A DNA stretch of 64,000 nt from Armatimonadota bacterium (lineage in GTDB: Bacteria > Armatimonadota > UBA5829 > DTJY01), in the NCBI GenBank assembly GCA_025358205.1, contig JANYKG010000082.1:551-64550 (forward strand), in the 5' to 3' direction. Positions 36,501 through 45,015 of this stretch are shown here, in pieces. How positions within the stretch are numbered: position 1 is the first letter of the stretch; every line of letters starts with the position of its first letter. The notes beneath the pieces were generated by a model. The model did no database searches and had not been told where the DNA came from. It saw nothing but the letters and a program-made list of their open reading frames with translations. A program made the position numbers and the translations under genes.

Positions 36501-37858
36501 ACGGCTATGTGTGGCCCAATCAACTTGTGGCGCCAACCAATTCTAATCCGCAGATTTGGGGATCCCCGACCGGATCGCACGGCATGTTGGCCGTCGCAAC
36601 TTCCGATGGACTCAGCGTAATGTACAATCCGACCAGCCTTGTGGCAGACGGAAACCGTTTGGTGGAGATTGACGCGCAGGGCAAACCTATATGGTCGTGT
36701 GATTCCACTACCGGGTTCGCCAGCACGTTCGCGGTGGGCGCAACCGCCTCGCAGGACCAGACAGTGGTGGGGTCGGTAACCATGCCGTTCAACCGTCCGA
36801 GTGTGGCAAGGCGCGCCCCGGTAGGCGGCTTAGTGGTTGCGGATACGGGTAATAACAGAATAGTCCATATGGACAAGGGCGGCACGGCGATTTGGCAGAT
36901 CAAGGACTTTGGCGAGGAGAACCCTGCCACACCGGTGCTTCCGCCGGGGTCGCCAATGGAGTTGAACAAACCGACCGACGTGACATGCTGGATGACCACG
37001 ATGCCGGTAACGCTCGGCGCTAGTACGACGCCGGTGATGCTGCCGATCTACCACTATCTGATAGCGGATAACGGCAACAACCGGGTGCTGGAGATAGTGT
37101 GTAAGTATGACACCGCGCTGGGCCAGTACCGCAACATGGTGGTGATGGTATCCGATAACCTGGCGCAGGGTGAGCCGAGGCGGTTCCTTACCGCGCGGAT
37201 AGCCACCTATGACAATGTTACGGGGCAGATCGCCACTGTGATATGCGTGATGGCCAACGATCCCGGTAGCACGGGCGCACGGGGACTAGGCAGTTCGCTG
37301 GTTGAATTGGACTGGAAGACCGGCAAGCTTCTGAGCGTTACGAATCGTTTGCCTATAGGCGCAACGGCGGCGACCAGCTTCAAGCTGGTGAACCCTTCGT
37401 TCTTCAATAGGCAGTATGTAAGCGGCACGGAGTACGCTGATGTGACGATAGACGCTTCGGGTGTGCATGTGAATCATGTGGCTGGAGGAGTATCATCCAT
37501 CCGGCACTATCTGTTCACGGATCATTGGGATACGGACGAGACTTCGTTGATGAATAAGCTTCTAATTCAGGTTCCTGGAATGCCCGTTGGCACAACTGCC
37601 CCGCATGCCAGACCGTTCGCGCCGAGTTACGCGCAGTACATGCCGAACGGGCATGTGCTGGTGACGAACAAGGCGACCGGCATTGCATATGATAAGACTA
37701 AGACGCAGAGGGCGTTTACCGGTGAGGTATTTGAGATCGAACCGGAGGATGTAACAGTAGACCCGACCAAGACAAAGTTCAAGAGAACCCCTGGCTCCAG
37801 CATATGGTACACGGCGGGGTTCCATCAGCCCTTGAGCGCTGAACGATTGTTGTACTAG
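33548..37858 (+). CDS. giant secreted beta-propeller protein (~1436 aa) with PQQ/NHL-like repeats; PilY1-like candidate
   Basis: ATG 33548 has a GGTGAG RBS. The signal peptide is MARRFVRYTFAIMLCAVLTTGALYAAS. Repeated propeller blade motifs occur (NVLHAFDL, GKVTAYNAL, GSIYAV, GTMIAVDV), and the C-terminus has NHL-like blades (ADTGNNRIVHMD, ADNGNNRVLEIV). The track start at 33476 is an upstream extension. Confidence 0.7.
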   Translation: MARRFVRYTFAIMLCAVLTTGALYAASFTYSDQAKRIKAGVVLPSLPPPPPLDPRMDPANRPNPYVFYIMDQRQDMKPAGWEFYNPYASSHVTTDMAARWGGMCAVGDVIDKSMGCYWEVPIGEVNPDDLAQYDVLFLSGYGNMTFNGREKEKLRKFVDNGGVLWVDYQQKPGYPGLQTTLDPTFFVPSIAFSNGGVGMSVRADIPKAASAHALLNRPFLVSGMDANLLGGGGGAAPGNEFLSLVGEALQTFMPIVARGGNQVVSAAQYGSGYIVVTADGVAQAITNPVGVAGAVCGKFFIAAQPEDLKLSYNIVNWGSESPAPRKNPRQTGGSFEEIGMPLVPLWSYTATTPGMSVNSSPVILDDMIFYVDGNNVLHAFDLSPIRDRDGDGNPDDGLPDYSTGSPCDELWRVSIGEPCSSPTAAYVPIGGGVVGAVPTVFIVTQSGKVTAYNALDYTTSTGPTPVQLFTDSSQALNPFVFPPTALDTRIPAATYAEGSLYVGDGRGVIHVHNFLSTGAVPEWRHVAIANNPADGMISNSPTVGYFYDATSGATELVAYLNGRGTPTLGANPYTAAYPLSSFNETLVPDNPAATPGLYRIRSVNAYIATTPIAPFDPRLYYTDPTTGALNPIPTTDYTLQNPGKFQIINPSATLTTITALGASVVADYWLDYTNPAATTSWRSIQIWGNDNPLDKLGITGSAAAGKNNTLYYGTENGSIYAVRETGRAGATIGGGPLRTPLVVKWRWCFQDPTVKAVIGTNNVEIVGSPVVVNDMVYFGVNIGNQGFLFAFQADPAFTIRLNQPIAPNTQVILKQMDSLRPTTPVAGVPRNYVAASDTDVDKAAGDTVALVDYDTSKISVINFKGVGGELTSSADLVVEYVPAAAVVPGQTPIPIQEPHYAFLPNSGDNWNNLKWFMRLEDISVNPVMNYKIASSPTVMGDVLYIGCQDGTMIAVDVGKANQAAPKQMLGNVQEKYFKNILTITDGYVWPNQLVAPTNSNPQIWGSPTGSHGMLAVATSDGLSVMYNPTSLVADGNRLVEIDAQGKPIWSCDSTTGFASTFAVGATASQDQTVVGSVTMPFNRPSVARRAPVGGLVVADTGNNRIVHMDKGGTAIWQIKDFGEENPATPVLPPGSPMELNKPTDVTCWMTTMPVTLGASTTPVMLPIYHYLIADNGNNRVLEIVCKYDTALGQYRNMVVMVSDNLAQGEPRRFLTARIATYDNVTGQIATVICVMANDPGSTGARGLGSSLVELDWKTGKLLSVTNRLPIGATAATSFKLVNPSFFNRQYVSGTEYADVTIDASGVHVNHVAGGVSSIRHYLFTDHWDTDETSLMNKLLIQVPGMPVGTTAPHARPFAPSYAQYMPNGHVLVTNKATGIAYDKTKTQRAFTGEVFEIEPEDVTVDPTKTKFKRTPGSSIWYTAGFHQPLSAERLLY

Positions 37859-37996
37859 CAGGGAGTTTGTAGTCGCCCCTTTTATGGGTGCGCAGTTACC
37901 GCGCAGGCATGAAGCTTGCGGCTACAAGCAAGGATCAGGGATAGCTTTGACCGATCCTCGTTCAGTTGTTGGACGAGGTGGGAGGTGCAGTACATT

Positions 37997-40900
37997 ATGA
38001 AAACCAGAATTGCGGCATGCGCTTTGCTTGCGCTGTTGATATGTGCGCTGGGATCATCGGCCTTGGGTCAAGATCAGTGGCCGATGTTACGGCACGACAA
38101 CGCGAGAACCGGCTTAGCGGTTGGCGGAGCGCTCAGTACGTTTCGTCCCGCACCCACGTGGGTGTTCCCTGCTCCTGAGACTAGCACGTATACGGTAGAT
38201 AATGGAGACGCTGCCTTCTCGAAGACCGGCACGTGGAATGACACGCCTCTCAACGGGGTCGCCCCCTATCTGGTGGAGGGAGCAGTTCCGTATCTTTGGA
38301 CACCGACAGGCGCAAGTGCAACCGCTACTGCGGAGTGGACGTTCACCTTCAACGGTGGGGCATACACTATGCGTGGTACGAGCGCGAAGTTCATGGTGTT
38401 TGTGTGGGTACCTTCTCCCGGCGCTGGCGAAACACCGCAGCACTGCGAGGACGCTCATTACACCGTGGAACTGACCAATGGCGCCACCGGCGTTACTACT
38501 ACGATAGGTCACTACACGCTGGATCAGACCAGCGGGGGCGGCTGGCAGAACTTGCCGAACTCCCCGTCACTTCTGGTTCAGAAGACTGATACGGTGGTGG
38601 TCAAGCTGTCCAACGTGACGGAGCGGAAGGACGACACGGGCAACCTTGTAGTGAGCCAGGTTCTGGCGGATGCGGTGATGCTGAAGACCGATACCGGCAT
38701 GGTGTTTGCTTCACCGGCAGCCTCGACAACACTTCCGCTGGTGATTAGTGCGAGCACTGAATTCGCGAGTGTCGCCAGGGGTGGAAATTTTGGCAACGCA
38801 AACATTGGCGCGGTGTACGGGATAGGCGCGGAGGTTAACTCCGGGATTGTTGCATCCGCTGTGGATGACCGCGGCATGATGAAATGGCGTTATCCGGCGG
38901 GAAACAACGACTGGATAGCAGGCGGGATATCTTCCTCACCGACCCTTACCACTGCTCTTGGTAGTGAGAAAGTGGTGGCGGCAGGGGTGGATGGACAGGT
39001 GTATGTGCTGGACGCGGATACCGGCGCCCATGTGTGGAACGGCCCGGGATATTTTGATGAAAACATGACACTAAGCGGCTCGTGGAATCCCTATACCGGC
39101 GCAGGTGTTCGGGGCGCTGACAGTCAGACGGCCCAGTCGGTAAAGGTTCCGGCGGCTGCTACGGCAACAGCAACCTGGACGTTCAGTCCGATAACTCCAG
39201 GGACTTATGATGCCTATGCGTGGATTCCGCCTTCAGGGAGCGAAATGTTTGTGCAGGATGCGCGGTACACGGATCTGAAATCCACCGATCCGACAGCAAA
39301 GGCGAAAGTGTATCAGGGCGGCGGTGGGTTCTGGGCGCTGGTTTGCAAAGGGTTCAAGTCTACGGGAAATACCACCATCAAGCTCACGAACGAAACCGAG
39401 GGCGATGCAAGCAATCTGGTGGTTGCGGACGAAATGAAGCTTGTGCCCGCGGACGTCCAGTCATTTGACTTCTCATCGCCCGTGGTGGATGGCAGTGGGT
39501 ATATCTACATAGGCAGTGCAGGCAGCGCGGGCAGAGTGCTCAAGCTGAAATCAGGCCAGTCGGACCCGGTGTGGACATACCCGTCCACGAGTGATGCGCC
39601 CATTGGCTCGATACATGCATCACCGGCGATAGGGCCGGACGGCACAATATACGTTGGTTCCGCGGACGGACATATATACGCCATCAACCCGGATGGTACG
39701 CCGAAGTGGGTGTATCCCAATCCGAGCGGAACCCCTGCTGCTCTGCCGGAGATTTCTTCAACTACGGCTGTGACCGACTTGTCAGGCAAGACTTACGTAT
39801 ACTTCTCGACCGGCGCAGCGTCGAGTGGCGGCTCGTCCGGTGATGAAGGCAAAGTCTACGCAATTCAGGATAATGGGCAGGACGCGGTGGCCTTGCAGTG
39901 GACGTATCCGTCCAGCGGCCAACTTGGCGCGTTTGTGTATTCGTCTCCGTTGATTATGGAGTTGGCGTCTGGTAACGGCAAGCCGCAGGTAGTGGCAGGC
40001 TCTACAAACGGCACGCTTTACACCGTTGACGGCGCTAGCGGCATAGACAATCAGGTCCCGCAGCGCATGTCGGTGGCGCTGAATGGGCTGATCAATTCCA
40101 GCCCTGCCGGTACATATGTGACTTTTCCAACCTATGCCGACCGGAATGTCGTTACGTTGCCGCTCCCGGTCCGTACCACGGCTGCACCGATGGCTTTTGT
40201 CGGCTCAGGTTCTCGTATTTATGGTGTTGATCTGACGCTTCCGCTTGCCGCACCCGCGACTTGGGTGCCAAAGGACTGGTGGTGGGACTTGCTGGGTAAC
40301 GTGATTTCGTCCCCGGCTGTTACCAAGAACCGAATCTACGCAGGTGATACGGCGGGATATACCTGGGCGTTTTCCACCGGCTTGGCCGGCGGTGGCGGAC
40401 AGGAGGGCTGGAATACGGAACTAGGCCCTATGCCGGAGACCAGCGGTTCGGACCACACCGCAGGCGGGCGTGATGCGAAGCCCGAAGTGGATGTGTTCGT
40501 GAAGAGCGATTGGGATGTTTTCCGCAGGGACTACCTGGAACCGGCGGAGCATAGCGACGGAAACGGTACGTCGAAGGATTGGTTCAGAAGCAGCGAGATT
40601 AGAAAGCACGCTCGCGATCATGGCGCCACACGCCCGGGTACATATCAGATGGAATGGGGCGAGGATATGGTTATCGTTGTCTGGAACCTCATTGACCCGA
40701 ACCGTTCCAACCCCAACGCTCCCAATACGTGGAAGAGGCGATTTGATAGTTCCGATGGTACTAGTCATCCGGCCCCGGGCTGGACGCATGATTATCGCGG
40801 TCGGGTGGAGATCAGTATCAAGGGCCATGCTCCGGGTGCGGCGAGCGCCTCTGAAGAGAAGATCACCCTCTCCGACAGGCAGATAGACAATTTCACGGAT

Positions 40901-43900
40901 ATGGACGATGATCCGGATTCGGTGATTGATGCCCCGGGGACGACCGGAGGCAAGAACGGCTATTCATGCTTCTATGCGGTATGCGAGTATACGCTGGATG
41001 GTTCATCTTCCGGCAAAGCGCAGACTCCGGGGTCCATGTTCAATATCACGGCGAGAGAGATACCCAATTCGCCCAACGCCAGCAGCTTGGACATCCCCGT
41101 GCCGCACGCTCTGACCGGCGCAACTCCTGATCTGAATCCGGCCCAGGAGTTCGCGATCAACAATCCGATAGGCGTGCTGACGTACAATGCGCCGTACACC
41201 AGCGTCGCCCAGAGCTCGCCTGTTGACTCGATCGGCATGGATCCTGCTAACCGACTGACGACGAAGCGCGATCTGGCCGATGCGATGGTGAACGGTAACT
41301 TGGTTGCGCCTCCGGTAATTTGGGGTGGATACACGCCTCATAATAGGCTTTCGGAAACCCGGACGATCGCCATCGCGGACCGGAGTCTGCTGTCTGTGAG
41401 CGGGCGCAGAATCAGCAAGTTCCGGGCGGAACGTCATGATATGAGATGGACGGGCGCTATCCCGCAGGTTATTAACGAGCTGCCGTGGGAGCGCAATCCG
41501 TCCAATACTGCTGCGAATATGCCAAACTCCAGTGAGGATTACCCGGACATTGACCTGCGGCAGATTAAAGTGCGCCTGCTTTCCAACGGGACTGATCCGT
41601 CCCAGAGCGCTGTGGACCTTCGTAAAGGGATAACGACCGCTTTTCCCGCAGCCGGAGCCCCTTGGAATATGGTTGATCCGGTCGGCTTGTCCGCCCTGAA
41701 CCCGGTGAGCTTTGCGGTGCAAGTTCCACAGTTCCAGCCGCCGAACCTGCCGTGGTCGGGTAACCCATCAGGAACACGGGCTGACACCGGCTATACCAGC
41801 TATGTTTATGCATATATAGACTCCAACAACAACGGCATGATGGACAGGCCCGCAGGGCTTGGCATCGGGCAGCTCATAAGTTCCGCGGTTACAGGCACCA
41901 GGGCGGAGGCGTTCCGCATGCTTGAGGTGCAGGTACATGTGCCCGCGGACTACAGGGCGCAGATAGAAAATCAGCGCGTGAACATAGGCGAGGTGCCACA
42001 GGGGTTTGGCTACACGGCGAAAAGCGGTGTTCCATGGGTGTTTGCGCCGAATCTGGTGCCTGATCCGATGTATGGCGTGCTTGCGCCAGCCGGATTTGGC
42101 GAGTGGTTCAAGCCGCTGACCATCCGCAACACAGGCAATGTGAACCTTGTGAATGTTGGAATGCTGAGAACGGACATGGTGAGCGACACGGTTCAGCAGC
42201 CGGTCATAGATGGTACCGGTGCGGTGATTCCCGGCTCCGGATTCTATATTCCAGCACAATCTCCCTCTGCCAATCCATGCCTGGTTTCTACGGTTGATGA
42301 CAGCGGTTACCTGAATGGTGCAGGGTTTATGACCAGTGTACCCCCGGCGATGCTCTCAGCGTTAAGACCGCCATCACGGACGTTCCACAAGGCGAGGGTA
42401 GGGGAGTCTGCCCCGGAATTGAGACTGCCGGACTATACGTCTTGGGCGCCTGCGATTCCGCAGGTTCCGCAGGTTCCCGCGATAAGCGTGGCGGTGCCGT
42501 TGGGAACGCCCACGGGCACGTACTACGGGAAGGTTCAGCTTTCCGAAAAAGGTAATGCCGTCAGCAATCCGGTGGACGTGGTGGTTACGTGCAATGAGTC
42601 ACGGATTACGGGCGGCAACACGCTCCCTGTGCCGAATCTGACGCATCTGGACAATCCAAGTACGCCGGGAATGACCGGCGTGAGCGGCACCCCTGCGGCC
42701 TTCCGAAACCCGGCAACCGGAAACGTGCTGTTCTTCTGGTCAAGCTCCAGGTATCCGGATGTCACGATAAACAGCACGGCGCAACCGACCAGCTCTGATC
42801 CGGCATACCTGTACTTCAGCAAGCTTGAAGCGCAGACCAATGGTGAGTTCGGGCTATCAACGGCTGCTCCGGCCCAGTGGTGGGCGCCGACGACGACGAC
42901 ATCGGTGTTTCCGAAACCATCGAGAATCAATGATTTCTTCCCATCGGCGACAACTGCGGACCCGACCTGGGGTGCGGTTGGGAACATCATACCGGGCAGT
43001 GTGAAGTTCGGCAGCCCCACGGTGGCGGTGGATAAGGTCAACAAGAAGTCATACCTGCTCTTTACGGGGCAGGCCGGCAAGACGGACCCGAGATACAAAA
43101 CGGAAGCGAACTACACGACCGGCGCTCGAAATACCCAGGAGTTCCGCGCGTACTACACGGAGATCAACGGCGAAACGGTTGACGAGGGCAATGTGTACTC
43201 CACATCGCCGAACAATACTACGGAGCAGATTCACGGCGACTGGGCGACACCGAAGTTCGGTGTGCGCGGCGGTATAATGATTCGCGCCGCAGGAGACACC
43301 CCGGAGCTTTGGAACTTCTGGTACGGCGGCAGTAGCGGCAAGTGGCGGATATACTACAACGTCAAAGCGAACCCGTCCACGCCTCCCAGCCCTACCAATC
43401 AATGGACGAACGAAGCGCTTTTGCCGATACCCAAGGGGTTGAGTTCAGTGTCAGAGCCGTCGCCGGTGTTCCATTACTTCATAGATAAGACGACAGGCGA
43501 GTTCACCGAGACCGGCAACGAGTTCATGGTTACGTATTCCGGCATGTCCGTGTTCCACAAGAACAGCGATATCTACATGAGTAGATACATATCGCAGATG
43601 CCCACGACGGGCATCAGACAGGGAAATTCCAAGCCTGTTGACCTGGCGCTGATGCCTCAGCGTGCGAACCTGATACCAGAGGTGAATGACCCGGCGACCT
43701 CCGGGACGCCTCTGCTGGGTGAGAAGTTGACGCGTGATCCGGCTACCAGCGTGTGGTACTCCAAAGATGTTGACTGGCTGGCTGATGATGTCAGTGGTGT
43801 GGTGACCGTTGCAAACCCAAGAGATTTCGCGGTCTTTGTAAGACTTGATCCGACGGACCCGGCATCGGTCTATCAGCTTAACGTGGGCCAGACGGACCGC

Positions 43901-44794
43901 GACGCGTCAACCGGGGCGATAGTCTACAACTACGGTGGAGGAACGGCGGTTGAGAACACGCTGAGGACCCTATTCCGCGCGGTAGTGATCAACCCTGCAG
44001 ACGGCACGGTAAAGTTCATGAAAGCGCCGAACGGTAAGGCTCTTGTGGTTGCGAGGTATTTCCCCAAGGCGTACCGGCTGACTACGGACGGCGTGGCTGA
44101 CTCTAACCCTTGCGCGGTGATGGACGACGACGTGAATCCCAGGTATAGCAGCACGAATACCACCAATCTGCCGTTCTTTATGCCGAATGGCAGTCCCGAG
44201 CCGGTGCCTACGGATCGCCTATGGGTGTTCTGGCGCAGACCGGCGATGGATAAGACCGGCACCGGCATATACTACAAGGCGCAACGTTACATGGTGCAGC
44301 TCAACTCTCAGATGGGGCTGGACGTGAAGGCGTCGGGAGCCTTCACACCGTCGGTGGCATCAGTGATGGGTGTGGATCCAGTTTCTGGTACGAGCGCTAC
44401 TCTGAAGTTTCCGGTGGAGATAGACTGGGTGAAGAACAGACTGTATTTCGCTAGCGCGGATGGCAGGGACAAGATTCTGCACGGCACGGACGCGAACGGC
44501 AACAATGTGTATATTTCGTATCCTAAGCATGTGAAAGTAACTTATACTGATTCCAAGCAGAATGTTGTGACCGATGAAGACCACTACGTCCAATATGCCG
44601 ACGAGGATATCAGTCAGGCCGGCAAGACGTTTGGCAACCTTACGAGTCTGATGGTGAACGAAGGCCAGGTGAATGCGTTCAAGGACCCGTTCTCAAATAG
44701 ACTGTGGGTTTTCTGGACCAGCACCCGGTCCGGCAATTCCGATGTGTACTATGAGACTATAAGTCCCAGAATCATCGGCAAAGAATATAGATAA
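37997..44794 (+). CDS. giant secreted PQQ-like beta-propeller / beta-sandwich-module protein (2265 aa)
   Basis: ATG 37997 has GGAGG 11 nt upstream. The signal peptide is MKTRIAACALLALLICALGSSALGQ. PQQ-like blades occur (GQVYVLDADTGAHVWN, GHIYAINPDGTPKWVY, GTLYTVDGASG). A ~150-aa module (TWTF...LVVADxMKL) is duplicated near the N-terminus. Confidence 0.75.
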   Translation: MKTRIAACALLALLICALGSSALGQDQWPMLRHDNARTGLAVGGALSTFRPAPTWVFPAPETSTYTVDNGDAAFSKTGTWNDTPLNGVAPYLVEGAVPYLWTPTGASATATAEWTFTFNGGAYTMRGTSAKFMVFVWVPSPGAGETPQHCEDAHYTVELTNGATGVTTTIGHYTLDQTSGGGWQNLPNSPSLLVQKTDTVVVKLSNVTERKDDTGNLVVSQVLADAVMLKTDTGMVFASPAASTTLPLVISASTEFASVARGGNFGNANIGAVYGIGAEVNSGIVASAVDDRGMMKWRYPAGNNDWIAGGISSSPTLTTALGSEKVVAAGVDGQVYVLDADTGAHVWNGPGYFDENMTLSGSWNPYTGAGVRGADSQTAQSVKVPAAATATATWTFSPITPGTYDAYAWIPPSGSEMFVQDARYTDLKSTDPTAKAKVYQGGGGFWALVCKGFKSTGNTTIKLTNETEGDASNLVVADEMKLVPADVQSFDFSSPVVDGSGYIYIGSAGSAGRVLKLKSGQSDPVWTYPSTSDAPIGSIHASPAIGPDGTIYVGSADGHIYAINPDGTPKWVYPNPSGTPAALPEISSTTAVTDLSGKTYVYFSTGAASSGGSSGDEGKVYAIQDNGQDAVALQWTYPSSGQLGAFVYSSPLIMELASGNGKPQVVAGSTNGTLYTVDGASGIDNQVPQRMSVALNGLINSSPAGTYVTFPTYADRNVVTLPLPVRTTAAPMAFVGSGSRIYGVDLTLPLAAPATWVPKDWWWDLLGNVISSPAVTKNRIYAGDTAGYTWAFSTGLAGGGGQEGWNTELGPMPETSGSDHTAGGRDAKPEVDVFVKSDWDVFRRDYLEPAEHSDGNGTSKDWFRSSEIRKHARDHGATRPGTYQMEWGEDMVIVVWNLIDPNRSNPNAPNTWKRRFDSSDGTSHPAPGWTHDYRGRVEISIKGHAPGAASASEEKITLSDRQIDNFTDMDDDPDSVIDAPGTTGGKNGYSCFYAVCEYTLDGSSSGKAQTPGSMFNITAREIPNSPNASSLDIPVPHALTGATPDLNPAQEFAINNPIGVLTYNAPYTSVAQSSPVDSIGMDPANRLTTKRDLADAMVNGNLVAPPVIWGGYTPHNRLSETRTIAIADRSLLSVSGRRISKFRAERHDMRWTGAIPQVINELPWERNPSNTAANMPNSSEDYPDIDLRQIKVRLLSNGTDPSQSAVDLRKGITTAFPAAGAPWNMVDPVGLSALNPVSFAVQVPQFQPPNLPWSGNPSGTRADTGYTSYVYAYIDSNNNGMMDRPAGLGIGQLISSAVTGTRAEAFRMLEVQVHVPADYRAQIENQRVNIGEVPQGFGYTAKSGVPWVFAPNLVPDPMYGVLAPAGFGEWFKPLTIRNTGNVNLVNVGMLRTDMVSDTVQQPVIDGTGAVIPGSGFYIPAQSPSANPCLVSTVDDSGYLNGAGFMTSVPPAMLSALRPPSRTFHKARVGESAPELRLPDYTSWAPAIPQVPQVPAISVAVPLGTPTGTYYGKVQLSEKGNAVSNPVDVVVTCNESRITGGNTLPVPNLTHLDNPSTPGMTGVSGTPAAFRNPATGNVLFFWSSSRYPDVTINSTAQPTSSDPAYLYFSKLEAQTNGEFGLSTAAPAQWWAPTTTTSVFPKPSRINDFFPSATTADPTWGAVGNIIPGSVKFGSPTVAVDKVNKKSYLLFTGQAGKTDPRYKTEANYTTGARNTQEFRAYYTEINGETVDEGNVYSTSPNNTTEQIHGDWATPKFGVRGGIMIRAAGDTPELWNFWYGGSSGKWRIYYNVKANPSTPPSPTNQWTNEALLPIPKGLSSVSEPSPVFHYFIDKTTGEFTETGNEFMVTYSGMSVFHKNSDIYMSRYISQMPTTGIRQGNSKPVDLALMPQRANLIPEVNDPATSGTPLLGEKLTRDPATSVWYSKDVDWLADDVSGVVTVANPRDFAVFVRLDPTDPASVYQLNVGQTDRDASTGAIVYNYGGGTAVENTLRTLFRAVVINPADGTVKFMKAPNGKALVVARYFPKAYRLTTDGVADSNPCAVMDDDVNPRYSSTNTTNLPFFMPNGSPEPVPTDRLWVFWRRPAMDKTGTGIYYKAQRYMVQLNSQMGLDVKASGAFTPSVASVMGVDPVSGTSATLKFPVEIDWVKNRLYFASADGRDKILHGTDANGNNVYISYPKHVKVTYTDSKQNVVTDEDHYVQYADEDISQAGKTFGNLTSLMVNEGQVNAFKDPFSNRLWVFWTSTRSGNSDVYYETISPRIIGKEYR

Positions 44795-44901
44795 CAGGGT
44801 GAGTGAGTGTGCATGTACACGTTTACATCACGTAAAATGAACTCAAAAATGACGATGGATGATTTCGGCTTGTGCTTAGTGTGACTTTTTGGCTGGGCTT
44901 G

Positions 44902-44930
44902 TTGACAAACAGTTGAAGAAGTGATAACAT
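44902..44930 (+). promoter_or_regulatory. sigma70-like promoter TTGACA-17 nt-TAACAT upstream of pilM
   Basis: -35 at 44902-44907 and -10 at 44925-44930, about 85 nt upstream of the pilM ATG. Confidence 0.5.
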
Positions 44931-45015
44931 TTCCTGTCTGCGCCCCGGACGCTGATTGATGCATGTCTGGAGAAGCGCGGGCAACAGGTTGCAGAACCGA
45001 GACGGAGTTTTCTAA

